The notes beneath the pieces are model-generated. The model ran no database searches. It was not told where the DNA came from and worked only from the letters and a program-made list of their open reading frames with translations. The position numbers were made by a program, and so were the translations under genes. From Candidatus Parcubacteria bacterium (lineage in GTDB: Bacteria; Patescibacteriota; Minisyncoccia; Phycocordibacterales; UBA2100), in contig QZJK01000011.1 of the NCBI GenBank assembly GCA_003599295.1, forward strand, positions 13,372 to 77,371: 64,000 nucleotides of DNA, given 5' to 3'. Of the stretch, positions 39,701 to 48,003 are shown piece after piece; positions within the stretch are counted from its first letter, which is position 1, and each line of letters starts with the position of its first letter.

Positions 39701-40455
39701 TTACGACAAGCGAACTCTCGCGAATTCTCCAAGAACGCGAGTTTGTCCAAACAGTGCCTTCCGGCTCGTCGATTTTCCAAACGTCGCTTCCGGTGACCCC
39801 CTCGGCCGCAAAACTCATTCCTTCGACATTGCCGAGCCCGACACTAACGGACATCGATTATGACGCGACCTTCTCGCGTGCAGTGCAAACGTACGGCGCA
39901 GACAGTATAGAAGTTCTCGGCGTTCAAAGCCTACTTTCGAATCCGGATCTCCGCGATGTGAATGAACTTGAGGCGCGTCTCCAGGTGTATGACTTGGCAC
40001 CCGTCCCTTCGCAAGAATTTCTCGGGACTGATCGGAGCATTCCCATCCCCTCTTCAGGTTACGTGCCTGTCGAAAGTAGTATCGGCTGTTGGTCCCCGAA
40101 CGTTGATTGCGGACTCATGAACAGAATGCCGGCGGAAGGGCAAACGGTCGTATTCACTCCGTCAGATGGGGGAGGGACCGAATATTCCTACTACACGCCA
40201 CCTACAGGTGTTATGTCGGCTCTGAACCCGTCCTCTTGGTTTACCCAGACCGGAACGGTTTCTCAAACTCTTCTTCCTGCAGGCGCTTCAACCGTTACCG
40301 TTACGAACGACGGCGGCGTCTTGTCTGTAAGAGTCGGCGGTTCGTCGAGCGTACGTGGTGTATACTCTTCTCAATCCGCCACATCGGCTACGTACGGACA
40401 GATACTCTCGGGACTTTCCGGACAACCCTTAAGAATTACAGCACCCGGTCAATAA
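36781..40455 (+). CDS. Large secreted/surface protein, Cys- and S/T/P-rich
   Basis: >1200-codon ORF, N-terminal hydrophobic segment, paired Cys, coiled coil, internal repeats. Confidence 0.8.
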   Translation: MKAGSRGSSILGSILLLALAGSAAVSFEPFFSTPSDQEQFAASSLALVEDASTPTQTSAGQETATQSDSLAPGTVVDFRDQVYSVYYSCRQETKEKSKVDELTQTCQPGFLYTIYESDGVISVSPSPGPQGNVACPSNTPTRAGSCSNPASPNPVLSCWSGQPSSGVVYYAIGNEKPQFAGNCASGQKLDVAGNRLTGLSKTLDAADPEKQSAIMATADISPTQQATLMNAFNNIQSGEQKVEEISAERNDIEQQITAYANCTNPANPCTTELQALQTRRDEILREQRIAESELDSLQNNAQRLLAGEPPVSTSGTTNFPGYDLPSRLDFARNTTGFNGSGFIGSPEAQPSSRPIVASPPQTPNPTGEIDWGKFYNQGSSYRPTPQPTGSESTAGTGAQPFQGPQFTPSSYTPPGISGPNRLTDEELAQFPPEIQQAAQKQCELGRCALMHRIAGSDATSAQEKAGQVTQVALIGSPSCSQVSISDCFKAADLPYTLEGRKQVCGALGLDYCDSVGSAKTNVRMAEDVKRFSQTGTVTEVTQTRTVTIDSRGSILGEEITEKSTESQVIAPSYQEGATLRDLEAFYDRAQETQNGVETVYKVTGDVCGVVGTSSSDQTCSYYRRLADAQGGVLSKDQLPSYTRQQLTAVETAGKAIQTPFPTAGTVSDVAPRTAGGTLEAENLAPLFDAERVRNAETARLEGLATYYKEQQQERIIETTSSRLQGLADFTEAQQVARANEASIQRWEGMAAYAEAQREARARSNDAASARLQGQADFIARTNYLENHPTTQNMYDALIAAGQTPAETQQYIDKVVSTGAWNTGTEAQVDSYLAHNYDRIVEYGKERTALGEALLGKIVASGPPPPVSDIQVTSAPLVPIPGSTESLSTRDLINQIVTGGSQAPSAANELWDRATTRPAWLDPAIKPAADLVSDLTGKDQVLFGVQGQQSQATDEGVLTIDTGIRRDFSIADPDLTTSELSRILQEREFVQTVPSGSSIFQTSLPVTPSAAKLIPSTLPSPTLTDIDYDATFSRAVQTYGADSIEVLGVQSLLSNPDLRDVNELEARLQVYDLAPVPSQEFLGTDRSIPIPSSGYVPVESSIGCWSPNVDCGLMNRMPAEGQTVVFTPSDGGGTEYSYYTPPTGVMSALNPSSWFTQTGTVSQTLLPAGASTVTVTNDGGVLSVRVGGSSSVRGVYSSQSATSATYGQILSGLSGQPLRITAPGQ

Positions 40456-40771
40456 GCCAATTAAGTATCGAAAGAACGATGGCTCCTAGAAGCGCAGAGA
40501 AAAATCCCGCGACGGTGAATCCAGGCACTATCCATTGCATCGCGTAAAAAAGAAATGCATTGAGAACGAATGAAAAGAGTCCGAACGTGATGAGCGTTAT
40601 CGGGAGTGTGAGAACGTGAAGCACTGGCCGCACCACCATCACGATGACAGACCACACGAGCGCGACGAATAAAATCGTCGTCCATCCACCGGCGACAGTG
40701 ATACCGGGAACAAGATTGACAGTGAGATACACTGCCGCGACGGTTCCTAAATATTTTAAGACTATATGCAC
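40436..40771 (-). CDS. YvlD/phage-holin-4 family membrane protein
   Basis: RPVLHVLTLPITLITFGLFSFVLNA motif. Confidence 0.88.
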   Translation of the reverse strand: MHIVLKYLGTVAAVYLTVNLVPGITVAGGWTTILFVALVWSVIVMVVRPVLHVLTLPITLITFGLFSFVLNAFLFYAMQWIVPGFTVAGFFSALLGAIVLSILNWLIDRVL

Positions 40772-40951
40772 CCACACATACTAACACCTCTTCCGCATTT
40801 TCTTTCAATCTTCAGCGAGCCGGCGTGTTTTTGCGGAACCTCTGGAGACGCCTCGGCTTGGTCGACGCGTAGCGGCGCGAGGCGTTGAAGCATAAGGACG
40901 CGCACCGCAGGAGTGCGCGTCCGGGTTCCACGAAAATATGCCGGCGAGCGA

Positions 40952-41098
40952 CTACTCCCACGCCTTCTCATCCTCATCCACCCCAGTCCCAAGCATCGGA
41001 TCCTCCTCTTCTTCGTCCAAGCCGAGACTTCCTTCCGGCGACCCTTCCATCAAATCTCCGCCTTCCTTTTCCTTGTCGTCATCATCACGAAACGCCAT
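40952..41098 (-). CDS. Small acidic protein (48 aa)
   Basis: Manual translation MAFRDDDDKEKEGGDLMEGSPEGSLGLDEEEEDPMLGTGVDEDEKAWE. Confidence 0.5.
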   Translation of the reverse strand: MAFRDDDDKEKEGGDLMEGSPEGSLGLDEEEEDPMLGTGVDEDEKAWE

Positions 41099-41230
41099 AT
41101 GATGTTATGTGCATTTACATTTTTAATCCGACTATCTGATTGCCGAACACGACCATCGTACCGAGACCAATACTGCGCGCAAGAACGTTCAAGGGTGCAT
41201 CTGTGTATAACCCAGTAGTACTATGTAGCC

Positions 41231-43387
41231 ATGCAGCCAAACGATGATATATCGAAGCATTTTCGTCTTACTCCAGTACAGTCGGCCGCTCTAAAACGGC
41301 TCGGTTTGGGGACGATAGGCGCTCTCCTCCGGCATTTCCCCGCGCGCTATGAGACAGCGGGTGCTTCGGGAAGAGCCGGAGGGCTCGTACCGGGTACGAA
41401 AGTGACCCTTATCGGAACTCTTTCAAAACTCAAGGCCAGAAAACTTTGGAAAAGCCGCAGGAACGTCACCGAAGGATGGTTCGAGGATTCTTCAGGTCGC
41501 GTAAAAGTCATGTGGTTCAACCAGCCCTACATGGCTTCATACGTCCCGCAAACCGCGCTCGTGAAAGTAAGCGGGACGGTCGGAGGAAAAGAAGACCGCC
41601 CGTACATCGCGAATCCGGAGGTTGAGGCCATTCCAGCCGGAGCCGCGCTAGAAGGAATGTTCACGGGAGATACAGAGCCCGAGAGAGCATCTGTGTTCCC
41701 CGTGTATCCCGAGACGCGCGGCATCACGACAAAATGGTTCTACCACGCGCTCGAGCGGGTCTTCGCGAGCGATATTTTAACGCATGTTGCCGACCCTATC
41801 CCCTCCGATGTGCGCGACCGGTATCATCTCCCCGATCTCGCGCGTTCGCTTCTCGCGATGCATCGTCCATCGAATCCCCGCGAGGCGGAAGCTGCGCGAA
41901 AGCGCTTCGCGTTCGAGGAGATCTTTTCCATTTCGCTCACCCGCTCGCGCGAGCGGAGCGAAAACGACGCACAAGCTTCGTTCCCGATACAGAATGCCGA
42001 GGCTCTTGCCGAACGATTCCTCAAAACGATCCCCTTTCCGCCGACCGAGGCACAAAAGCGCGCGATCTCGGATATTTTGAAAGATTTCGGGGAACGACAC
42101 CCGATGGCGCGGCTACTCGAGGGTGATGTCGGGAGCGGCAAGACTCTCGTCGCGGCGGCGAGTGCCTACGCGGTCGTGAATTCTCGGCCGCCGAATCGCG
42201 AATCAGGTACGCTCCAAGCCGCCTACATGGCTCCGACGGAAATACTCGCGACCCAGCATTTCCAATCGTTCATCGAATATTTCTCGCACCTTCCCATCAA
42301 TATCGCGCTCATGACCGGAAGCGGCTGCAAGAAATTCCCCTCCAAAGTGAAACGCGGCGCCGCAACGGAGATATCTCGCGCGCAATTATTGAAATGGGTC
42401 GCGAACGGAGAGATAGCAATGGTCGTCGGCACGCACGCTCTCATCCAAAAATCCGTAAAATTCCAGCACCTGGCCTACGCAATAGTGGATGAACAGCATC
42501 GCTTCGGCACTCGCCAAAGGCGAGCGCTCGCGAGAAAGGGTGATGCGGCGCCGCATTTTCTCTCTATGACCGCAACACCCATTCCCCGAACGCTCGCGCT
42601 CACACTTTATGGCGACCTGGATCTCTCACTCCTCGACGAATTGCCGCCCGGGCGTGCGAAAGTGACGACCTCTATCGTGAAGCCAGAAGATCGCGAACGT
42701 GCCTACGCAGCAGTTCGAAGCGCGCTCTCGCGCGGAGAGCAGGCATACGTTATCTGTCCGCGCATCGAGGAACCCGATCCGGAAAAGTGGAACGCGCTCC
42801 AAGCGAAATCGGCAAAAGCCGAGGCAATCCGACTGAAAAAAGAAGTGTTCCCGAAACATGAGGTGGGGCTTCTCCACGGCGCGATGAAGAAAACGGAAAA
42901 AGAGAGTGCGATGCGCCGTTTTGCATCGAATGAAATACAGATACTCGTCGCGACATCGGTCGTCGAAGTTGGCATCAACGTGCCGAACGCGACGGTGATG
43001 CTCATTGAGGGGGCAGAGCGGTTCGGATTAGCCCAGCTCCATCAATTGCGCGGCCGCATCCAAAGGAGCTCGCGCCCACCGCATTGTTTTCTCCTCCCTG
43101 AAACGTCCGGGGAAATGGCGACGAAGCGCTTGCGCGCGCTCGAAAAATCGGACGACGGATTCAAGCTCGCGGAGGCGGACCTGGAAAGCCGTGGCGCGGG
43201 TGATCTCCTCGGGAGAAAACAATGGGGCATATCGGACCTCGGCATGGAAGCGCTGAAAAATCTGAAGCTCATTCGCGCCGCGCGCGAAGAAGCCGGGCTG
43301 CTTATTAAGCAAGACCCATCGCTCTCAAAGTATCCGGAGCTTCGCAAGCGCATCGAAGCGACCGCGATTGAACTGCACAGCGAGTAG
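41231..43387 (+). CDS. recG: ATP-dependent DNA helicase RecG
   Basis: GDVGSGKT, DEQHRFG, TATPIPRTL, QLHQLRGR. Confidence 0.97.
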   Translation: MQPNDDISKHFRLTPVQSAALKRLGLGTIGALLRHFPARYETAGASGRAGGLVPGTKVTLIGTLSKLKARKLWKSRRNVTEGWFEDSSGRVKVMWFNQPYMASYVPQTALVKVSGTVGGKEDRPYIANPEVEAIPAGAALEGMFTGDTEPERASVFPVYPETRGITTKWFYHALERVFASDILTHVADPIPSDVRDRYHLPDLARSLLAMHRPSNPREAEAARKRFAFEEIFSISLTRSRERSENDAQASFPIQNAEALAERFLKTIPFPPTEAQKRAISDILKDFGERHPMARLLEGDVGSGKTLVAAASAYAVVNSRPPNRESGTLQAAYMAPTEILATQHFQSFIEYFSHLPINIALMTGSGCKKFPSKVKRGAATEISRAQLLKWVANGEIAMVVGTHALIQKSVKFQHLAYAIVDEQHRFGTRQRRALARKGDAAPHFLSMTATPIPRTLALTLYGDLDLSLLDELPPGRAKVTTSIVKPEDRERAYAAVRSALSRGEQAYVICPRIEEPDPEKWNALQAKSAKAEAIRLKKEVFPKHEVGLLHGAMKKTEKESAMRRFASNEIQILVATSVVEVGINVPNATVMLIEGAERFGLAQLHQLRGRIQRSSRPPHCFLLPETSGEMATKRLRALEKSDDGFKLAEADLESRGAGDLLGRKQWGISDLGMEALKNLKLIRAAREEAGLLIKQDPSLSKYPELRKRIEATAIELHSE

Positions 43388-43407
43388 GTATCGGGACAAC
43401 TCGAGTA

Positions 43408-45051
43408 CTAGAAGGATGAAATGCTTATTGAAGCAGTATCGGTGCGAGTGCCGCGCACAAGGCGTATCGTGTACGAGCCCGTCTGCGAGTACGTGTGTGT
43501 GAATGTTTTGTCCGTGACGACTTGTGCGCATGAGCCCGTCCCTTGCGTTTGCACCACATGAGCGCTCCCGTCACCCCAATCAAGGTCATACGCGCTGCAC
43601 GGCGTCGCGATATTAAACTCTATCTCGACGGTGCGCGGATTTCCTCCGATGCCGGGCGTCACAACAAATGGGCCGATCTCGGCGGGAGGAGCAGTAACCG
43701 TAATGACCCTACTTGCCGCAAGCGTACCGGACAAAGAGCCGCGGTACAGTTTCGCGGTGTATGTCCCGCTTTGGCTGTACTGATGGCTTGCGCTGTACGA
43801 CTGTGCTTGGCAGGAATCCGGATACGATAACGATGTATTTTGGCCGTCCCCGAAATCGACGGTGTATGTGCCGCTGCCGCATGAACGATTGCCGTTAATG
43901 GTCCCGCTGAAGGAGACCGAGAGCGGTGCTTCCCCTGTCGTGGGATTCGCGCTTATCGAGTCGGGAATGGGCGTGGGGGTTGTTGGGGTTGGCTGCGCGG
44001 TTCCCGTAACAATGACTGTCGCGACCGTGCGGTGTGGACCAGATGAAAGCCCGACATTGTAGGTACCCGGAACTTGGTAGATATGAGAGAGCGTTTGCAC
44101 CAATTGCGTGCATCTTCCCGGGGGCACGGTTATCTGCGTCGTTCCGGTGCCATCACCGTAATCAACGGTGTACACCGCGCCGGCACAGGAATTGACCGTG
44201 TTTACGGTGGCCTCGACAGAGACCGTGAGCGGCGCATTCCCCGATATCGGCGTCACGCGGATAAAGCCGCCAACATTGGGCGCTCCCCCACCGCTCATTG
44301 TTGAGCATTGAAGGGACATTGCGGCAGCGGTGCGCGGCCCGACTTGTCCGTAGCCGGTGGTGGCCGCAGTGCCCGAAGAAACGATATTGTATTTCACCTG
44401 CCAGCGTTTGACCGCCGCTTCCGTAAGCGGTCCGTAATAACCGGTCACCAATCGCTCCGGATATATGCTTGCGTCACGAGCGAGGAATGATTGAAGCCTT
44501 GAGACATCGTCTCCCGTCGAACCAATGTAGAGAATGCGGCCTATCAGGGGGCACGCACTCGAATCGATGACGGGCGCTCCCGGGACGGGCGCAGGCACGA
44601 CCCCGCCGGTTTGCTGCTGGAGCTGCTGAACTTTCAGAAGCAGCGCTTGCACTTGCGCCTGTAAATCAGCAATAGTCGAGGAAGAAGGCGCTGGCGATGA
44701 TGCGGGCGGCGGCTGTGTCGCTCCCGCAAGTACGGTGATGGTGCCGACCATCCCGGAATGGAACGCGCAGTAGTACTGATAGGTGCCGGGAGTGTTGAAC
44801 GTCTGCGAATATGTGGCACTCGGCTGCATCGTGCCGCTGTTGAATGCATTCGTGTTCGAGGTGACCGTGTGCGGCATTGTGTCGGTGTTCGTCCACACGA
44901 CAGAATCGCCTGCAGTTATGGTGATGTTCGATGGCGCGAAATAGTTTGGGCCCATCGTCACGTTCGTCTGCGCCGCGAGGCTCACATTCGGCGAAAACCC
45001 GATAAGGAGCGCCAATAGACCCAAACTGAGCGAGAGACGCGCAAGAGTCAT
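43408..45051 (-). CDS. Secreted cupredoxin + peptidoglycan-binding + 3x PKD protein
   Basis: PHTVT...YYCAFHSGM; GDDVSRLQSFL...TGYYGPLTEAAVKRWQ; DYGDG/DFGDG/DWGDG. Confidence 0.85.
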   Translation of the reverse strand: MTLARLSLSLGLLALLIGFSPNVSLAAQTNVTMGPNYFAPSNITITAGDSVVWTNTDTMPHTVTSNTNAFNSGTMQPSATYSQTFNTPGTYQYYCAFHSGMVGTITVLAGATQPPPASSPAPSSSTIADLQAQVQALLLKVQQLQQQTGGVVPAPVPGAPVIDSSACPLIGRILYIGSTGDDVSRLQSFLARDASIYPERLVTGYYGPLTEAAVKRWQVKYNIVSSGTAATTGYGQVGPRTAAAMSLQCSTMSGGGAPNVGGFIRVTPISGNAPLTVSVEATVNTVNSCAGAVYTVDYGDGTGTTQITVPPGRCTQLVQTLSHIYQVPGTYNVGLSSGPHRTVATVIVTGTAQPTPTTPTPIPDSISANPTTGEAPLSVSFSGTINGNRSCGSGTYTVDFGDGQNTSLSYPDSCQAQSYSASHQYSQSGTYTAKLYRGSLSGTLAASRVITVTAPPAEIGPFVVTPGIGGNPRTVEIEFNIATPCSAYDLDWGDGSAHVVQTQGTGSCAQVVTDKTFTHTYSQTGSYTIRLVRGTRTDTASISISSF

Positions 45052-45120
45052 GCCCGTATTCTCGCACGCCCCCGGAAGTGCACAATCACCGGAATCCACA
45101 CGTGCTTCATGTACCTTCAG

Positions 45121-45193
45121 TCCGCCTGCCTGGACTCGAACCAGGAACCCCAGAGGTATAAGCTCTGTGCTCTAACCATTGAGCTACAGGCGG
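45121..45193 (-). tRNA. tRNA-Ile(TAT)
   Basis: CCGCCTG/CAGGCGG-A, CAGAG-CTTATAC-CTCTG, GGTTCGAGTCC. Confidence 0.88.
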
Positions 45194-45228
45194 ATTTGAA
45201 GATTATAGACCTCGAAGCTCTACTTGCG

Positions 45229-46380
45229 CTAGCGAATTACTTTAGCGACTGCTTTAGCGACGCGCTTGTCAAACATGTCGGGCACTATTTTGTTTGCGGT
45301 CGGTTTGGGGACGAGCGCGGCTATGGCGCGCGCGGCCTGAAGCTTCATATCGTCGGTTATCTTTCGCACCCGATTATCGAGTGCTCCGCGGAAGACTCCC
45401 GGGAACGCGAGTGAATTATTTATCTGATTCGGAAAATCCGAACGGCCGGTGGCGATGATAGTAGCACCTCCCTTCTTCGCCTCATCCGGCATAATTTCCG
45501 GAGTAGGGTTCGCCATCGCAAAAATGATTGGATTCGATGCCATTTTTTTGACCATTTCCGCAGAAACGAGATTCGGTTTGGATACTCCGATGAATACATC
45601 CGCGTCGGTAAGCGCCTTCTTCAAATCCCCTCCCTCTTCGGCAAAGATAATCCCCTCCTCAATGAGCTGCTTCTTCGTAGTATTCAGGTCATTCCTTCCT
45701 TTCCATACTACTCCGACGCTATCAACGACGATGATATTTACTTTCGGCGCGAATTTCTTGAGAAGCCGCACTGTCGCGACACCGGCGGCCCCGACGCCGC
45801 TTACGGCCACCCAAGAATTGTTCAGGTCCTTCCGGATGACTTTCATCGCATTGATGAGGCCGGCCAAAACGACGATTGCAGTTCCGTGCTGATCGTCGTG
45901 CATCACCGGTATGTCGAGTGCTTCGACAAGCCGCCGTTCGACATCAAAGCATTTCGGCGCCGCGATATCTTCCAAGTTGATTCCGCCGAACGCCGGCGCA
46001 ATGCGAATGACCGTTTCAACGATTTCACCGGCATCTTGCGTGTCTAATACTATCGGCACTGCATCCACTCCCGCAAACGTTTTGAAAAGCGCGCACTTCC
46101 CTTCCATGACGGGAAGTGCGCCGAGAGCGCCGATGTTTCCGAGTCCGAGAACAGCGGAGCCGTCCGAAACGACTGCGACAGTTCTTCCCTTCATTGTGTA
46201 CTCCCGAGCCTCCTTCGGATGCTTACCAACGTAATCCGCAACAAAACCGACTCCGGGCGTATACACAAGCGACAGGTCCGCGCGATTTTTGACCGGCGTA
46301 GCCGATTCTATACGAAGTTTCCCGCGGAGCTTCTTGTGGAGCGCGAGCGCCTTCTTCGTAATGTCTTGCTTTTTAGCCAT
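45229..46380 (-). CDS. NAD(P)-dependent malic enzyme
   Basis: YTPGV, DGSAVLGLG, PVMEGK, LEDIAAP, HDDQHGT, TGRSDFPNQ. Confidence 0.95.
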   Translation of the reverse strand: MAKKQDITKKALALHKKLRGKLRIESATPVKNRADLSLVYTPGVGFVADYVGKHPKEAREYTMKGRTVAVVSDGSAVLGLGNIGALGALPVMEGKCALFKTFAGVDAVPIVLDTQDAGEIVETVIRIAPAFGGINLEDIAAPKCFDVERRLVEALDIPVMHDDQHGTAIVVLAGLINAMKVIRKDLNNSWVAVSGVGAAGVATVRLLKKFAPKVNIIVVDSVGVVWKGRNDLNTTKKQLIEEGIIFAEEGGDLKKALTDADVFIGVSKPNLVSAEMVKKMASNPIIFAMANPTPEIMPDEAKKGGATIIATGRSDFPNQINNSLAFPGVFRGALDNRVRKITDDMKLQAARAIAALVPKPTANKIVPDMFDKRVAKAVAKVIR

Positions 46381-46444
46381 AGCGCGCAGTATACATATTC
46401 TCTCAAAACAAGGAACCTCCGGCCGCGCGTATCGCGGACGGAGG

Positions 46445-46822
46445 TTAGGCGGAAAAAAGCCGCCTGAAGAACAAAAATCGCAACAGGCCGACGATAAGGA
46501 ATGCCATTCCGAACGCAGTCCATTCCGTGAGTCCGAATAGCGCCATGCCGCTGAATTGAATGCCGAGGAACATACCATATGCCGCGCCCACAATGACAAT
46601 ATAAAGCGCCGGCTGCTGAAGCCACCTCGGCAGCGTGTCTTTGAATACCCAAGACTTGTAGAGCGCGAATTTTGCGATGGCGATGGGGACTATAAGAACA
46701 TTCGCCGTCATTGGAATGCTCATGCCGCTTTCAACCAGGATAGATCCCGGGAGAATACTTCCGGCATGAACGATACCCGCCGTCGCAAGATACCGTGTTG
46801 CTTGTCCGGTGATGTCGTGCAT
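46445..46822 (-). CDS. GtrA-like 4-TM protein
   Basis: Size, four hydrophobic segments, FALYKSWVF motif. Confidence 0.6.
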   Translation of the reverse strand: MHDITGQATRYLATAGIVHAGSILPGSILVESGMSIPMTANVLIVPIAIAKFALYKSWVFKDTLPRWLQQPALYIVIVGAAYGMFLGIQFSGMALFGLTEWTAFGMAFLIVGLLRFLFFRRLFSA

Positions 46823-46884
46823 CGCACGTTCCTTCCGCTGCTGGAGTCAATGAACCTTAAAAATGCTATGCTAATTCAAACACA

Positions 46885-48003
46885 ATGGCAAACGATAAAA
46901 CGTTAACCATAAAAAAACCGTTCGATTCGCACCTGCATCTGCGACGGGGCGCGGTCTTGCGCGCGGTGACGCCCTATTCAACAAAACGGTTCGGGCGCGC
47001 CATCATAATGCCGAACACGGAACCGCCGATAGAAACTGTTGAGCAGGCTACAGAATACAAAAAAGAAATTCTCGCTGCTGTAAATCATCCTAGTGTTTTG
47101 CAAAACACTAGAATAGATGAGGCTGCGTTCGAGCCATTGATGACCTTCTACCTCACGAAAAATCTGACGCCTGCGGAAATAGAGAGAGGATTTTCGAGCA
47201 GTGAATGTAAAATATTCGCGGTGAAATCCTATCCCTATGGCGCAACGACGAACTCACAGTGGGGCTACCGGAATATTTTGGAAGCGAAGGATGTACTGAA
47301 AAAGATGGAAGAGGTCGGCATGCCGCTCCTTCTCCACGGCGAAGTGCATTTGAACGAGCGCGACGAGGAGGAAGACCCGTACGACGGCGAGGCGATGTTC
47401 GTGAAAGACACGTTGCCGCGACTTCTCGACATGTATCCGAAACTAAAGATATCGCTTGAACATATGAGCTCGCACGAGGCAATCGATTTTATGGAAAAGA
47501 ACGGTAAAGACGGCAAACTCATGACGACGGTCACGCCGCATCACCTGATGTATGACCGGAGACACGCGTTTTCCGGCGGCTACCGCGCGCTCCTGCATTG
47601 CAAGCCGCTCGTCAAAAAGCGCGAGGACCGTGAAAGACTTCGCGATATGGTGAAAAAAGGACTTCCGTTCGTGTCTGCCGGGACAGACAGCGCGCCGCAT
47701 CCGGAGAACAAGAAATTCTCCTCGTGCTGTGCGTTTGGGGTCTTCAATTCCCCCGTCGCCCTAGAGATGTACGTACAAGTTTTCGACGAACTCGGAAGCC
47801 TCGACAAGCTCGAAGGGTTTCTTTCGGTGAACGGCCCGCGCTTTTTCGGCTTTGAGCCGGACGCAAATACGCTCACACTCGTGAAAAAAGACTGGCAGGT
47901 GACCGAGCCAGTCGTGACGGACGAAGGGGTGAATCTGTGGCCCGTTGGGCACGTAAAACACGGCCTTGGGAACGAGACTTTCCACTGGCAGATTTCGAAC
48001 TAG
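46885..48003 (+). CDS. pyrC: Dihydroorotase (homodimeric type)
   Basis: DSHLHLR, IMPN, KSYPYGATTNS, LLLHGE, LEHMS, GTDSAPH. Confidence 0.95.
   Translation: MANDKTLTIKKPFDSHLHLRRGAVLRAVTPYSTKRFGRAIIMPNTEPPIETVEQATEYKKEILAAVNHPSVLQNTRIDEAAFEPLMTFYLTKNLTPAEIERGFSSSECKIFAVKSYPYGATTNSQWGYRNILEAKDVLKKMEEVGMPLLLHGEVHLNERDEEEDPYDGEAMFVKDTLPRLLDMYPKLKISLEHMSSHEAIDFMEKNGKDGKLMTTVTPHHLMYDRRHAFSGGYRALLHCKPLVKKREDRERLRDMVKKGLPFVSAGTDSAPHPENKKFSSCCAFGVFNSPVALEMYVQVFDELGSLDKLEGFLSVNGPRFFGFEPDANTLTLVKKDWQVTEPVVTDEGVNLWPVGHVKHGLGNETFHWQISN

Noticed and set aside
40436-40771. Holin as evidence for a prophage
   Set aside because: The YvlD-type family is commonly chromosomal and there are no phage genes nearby.
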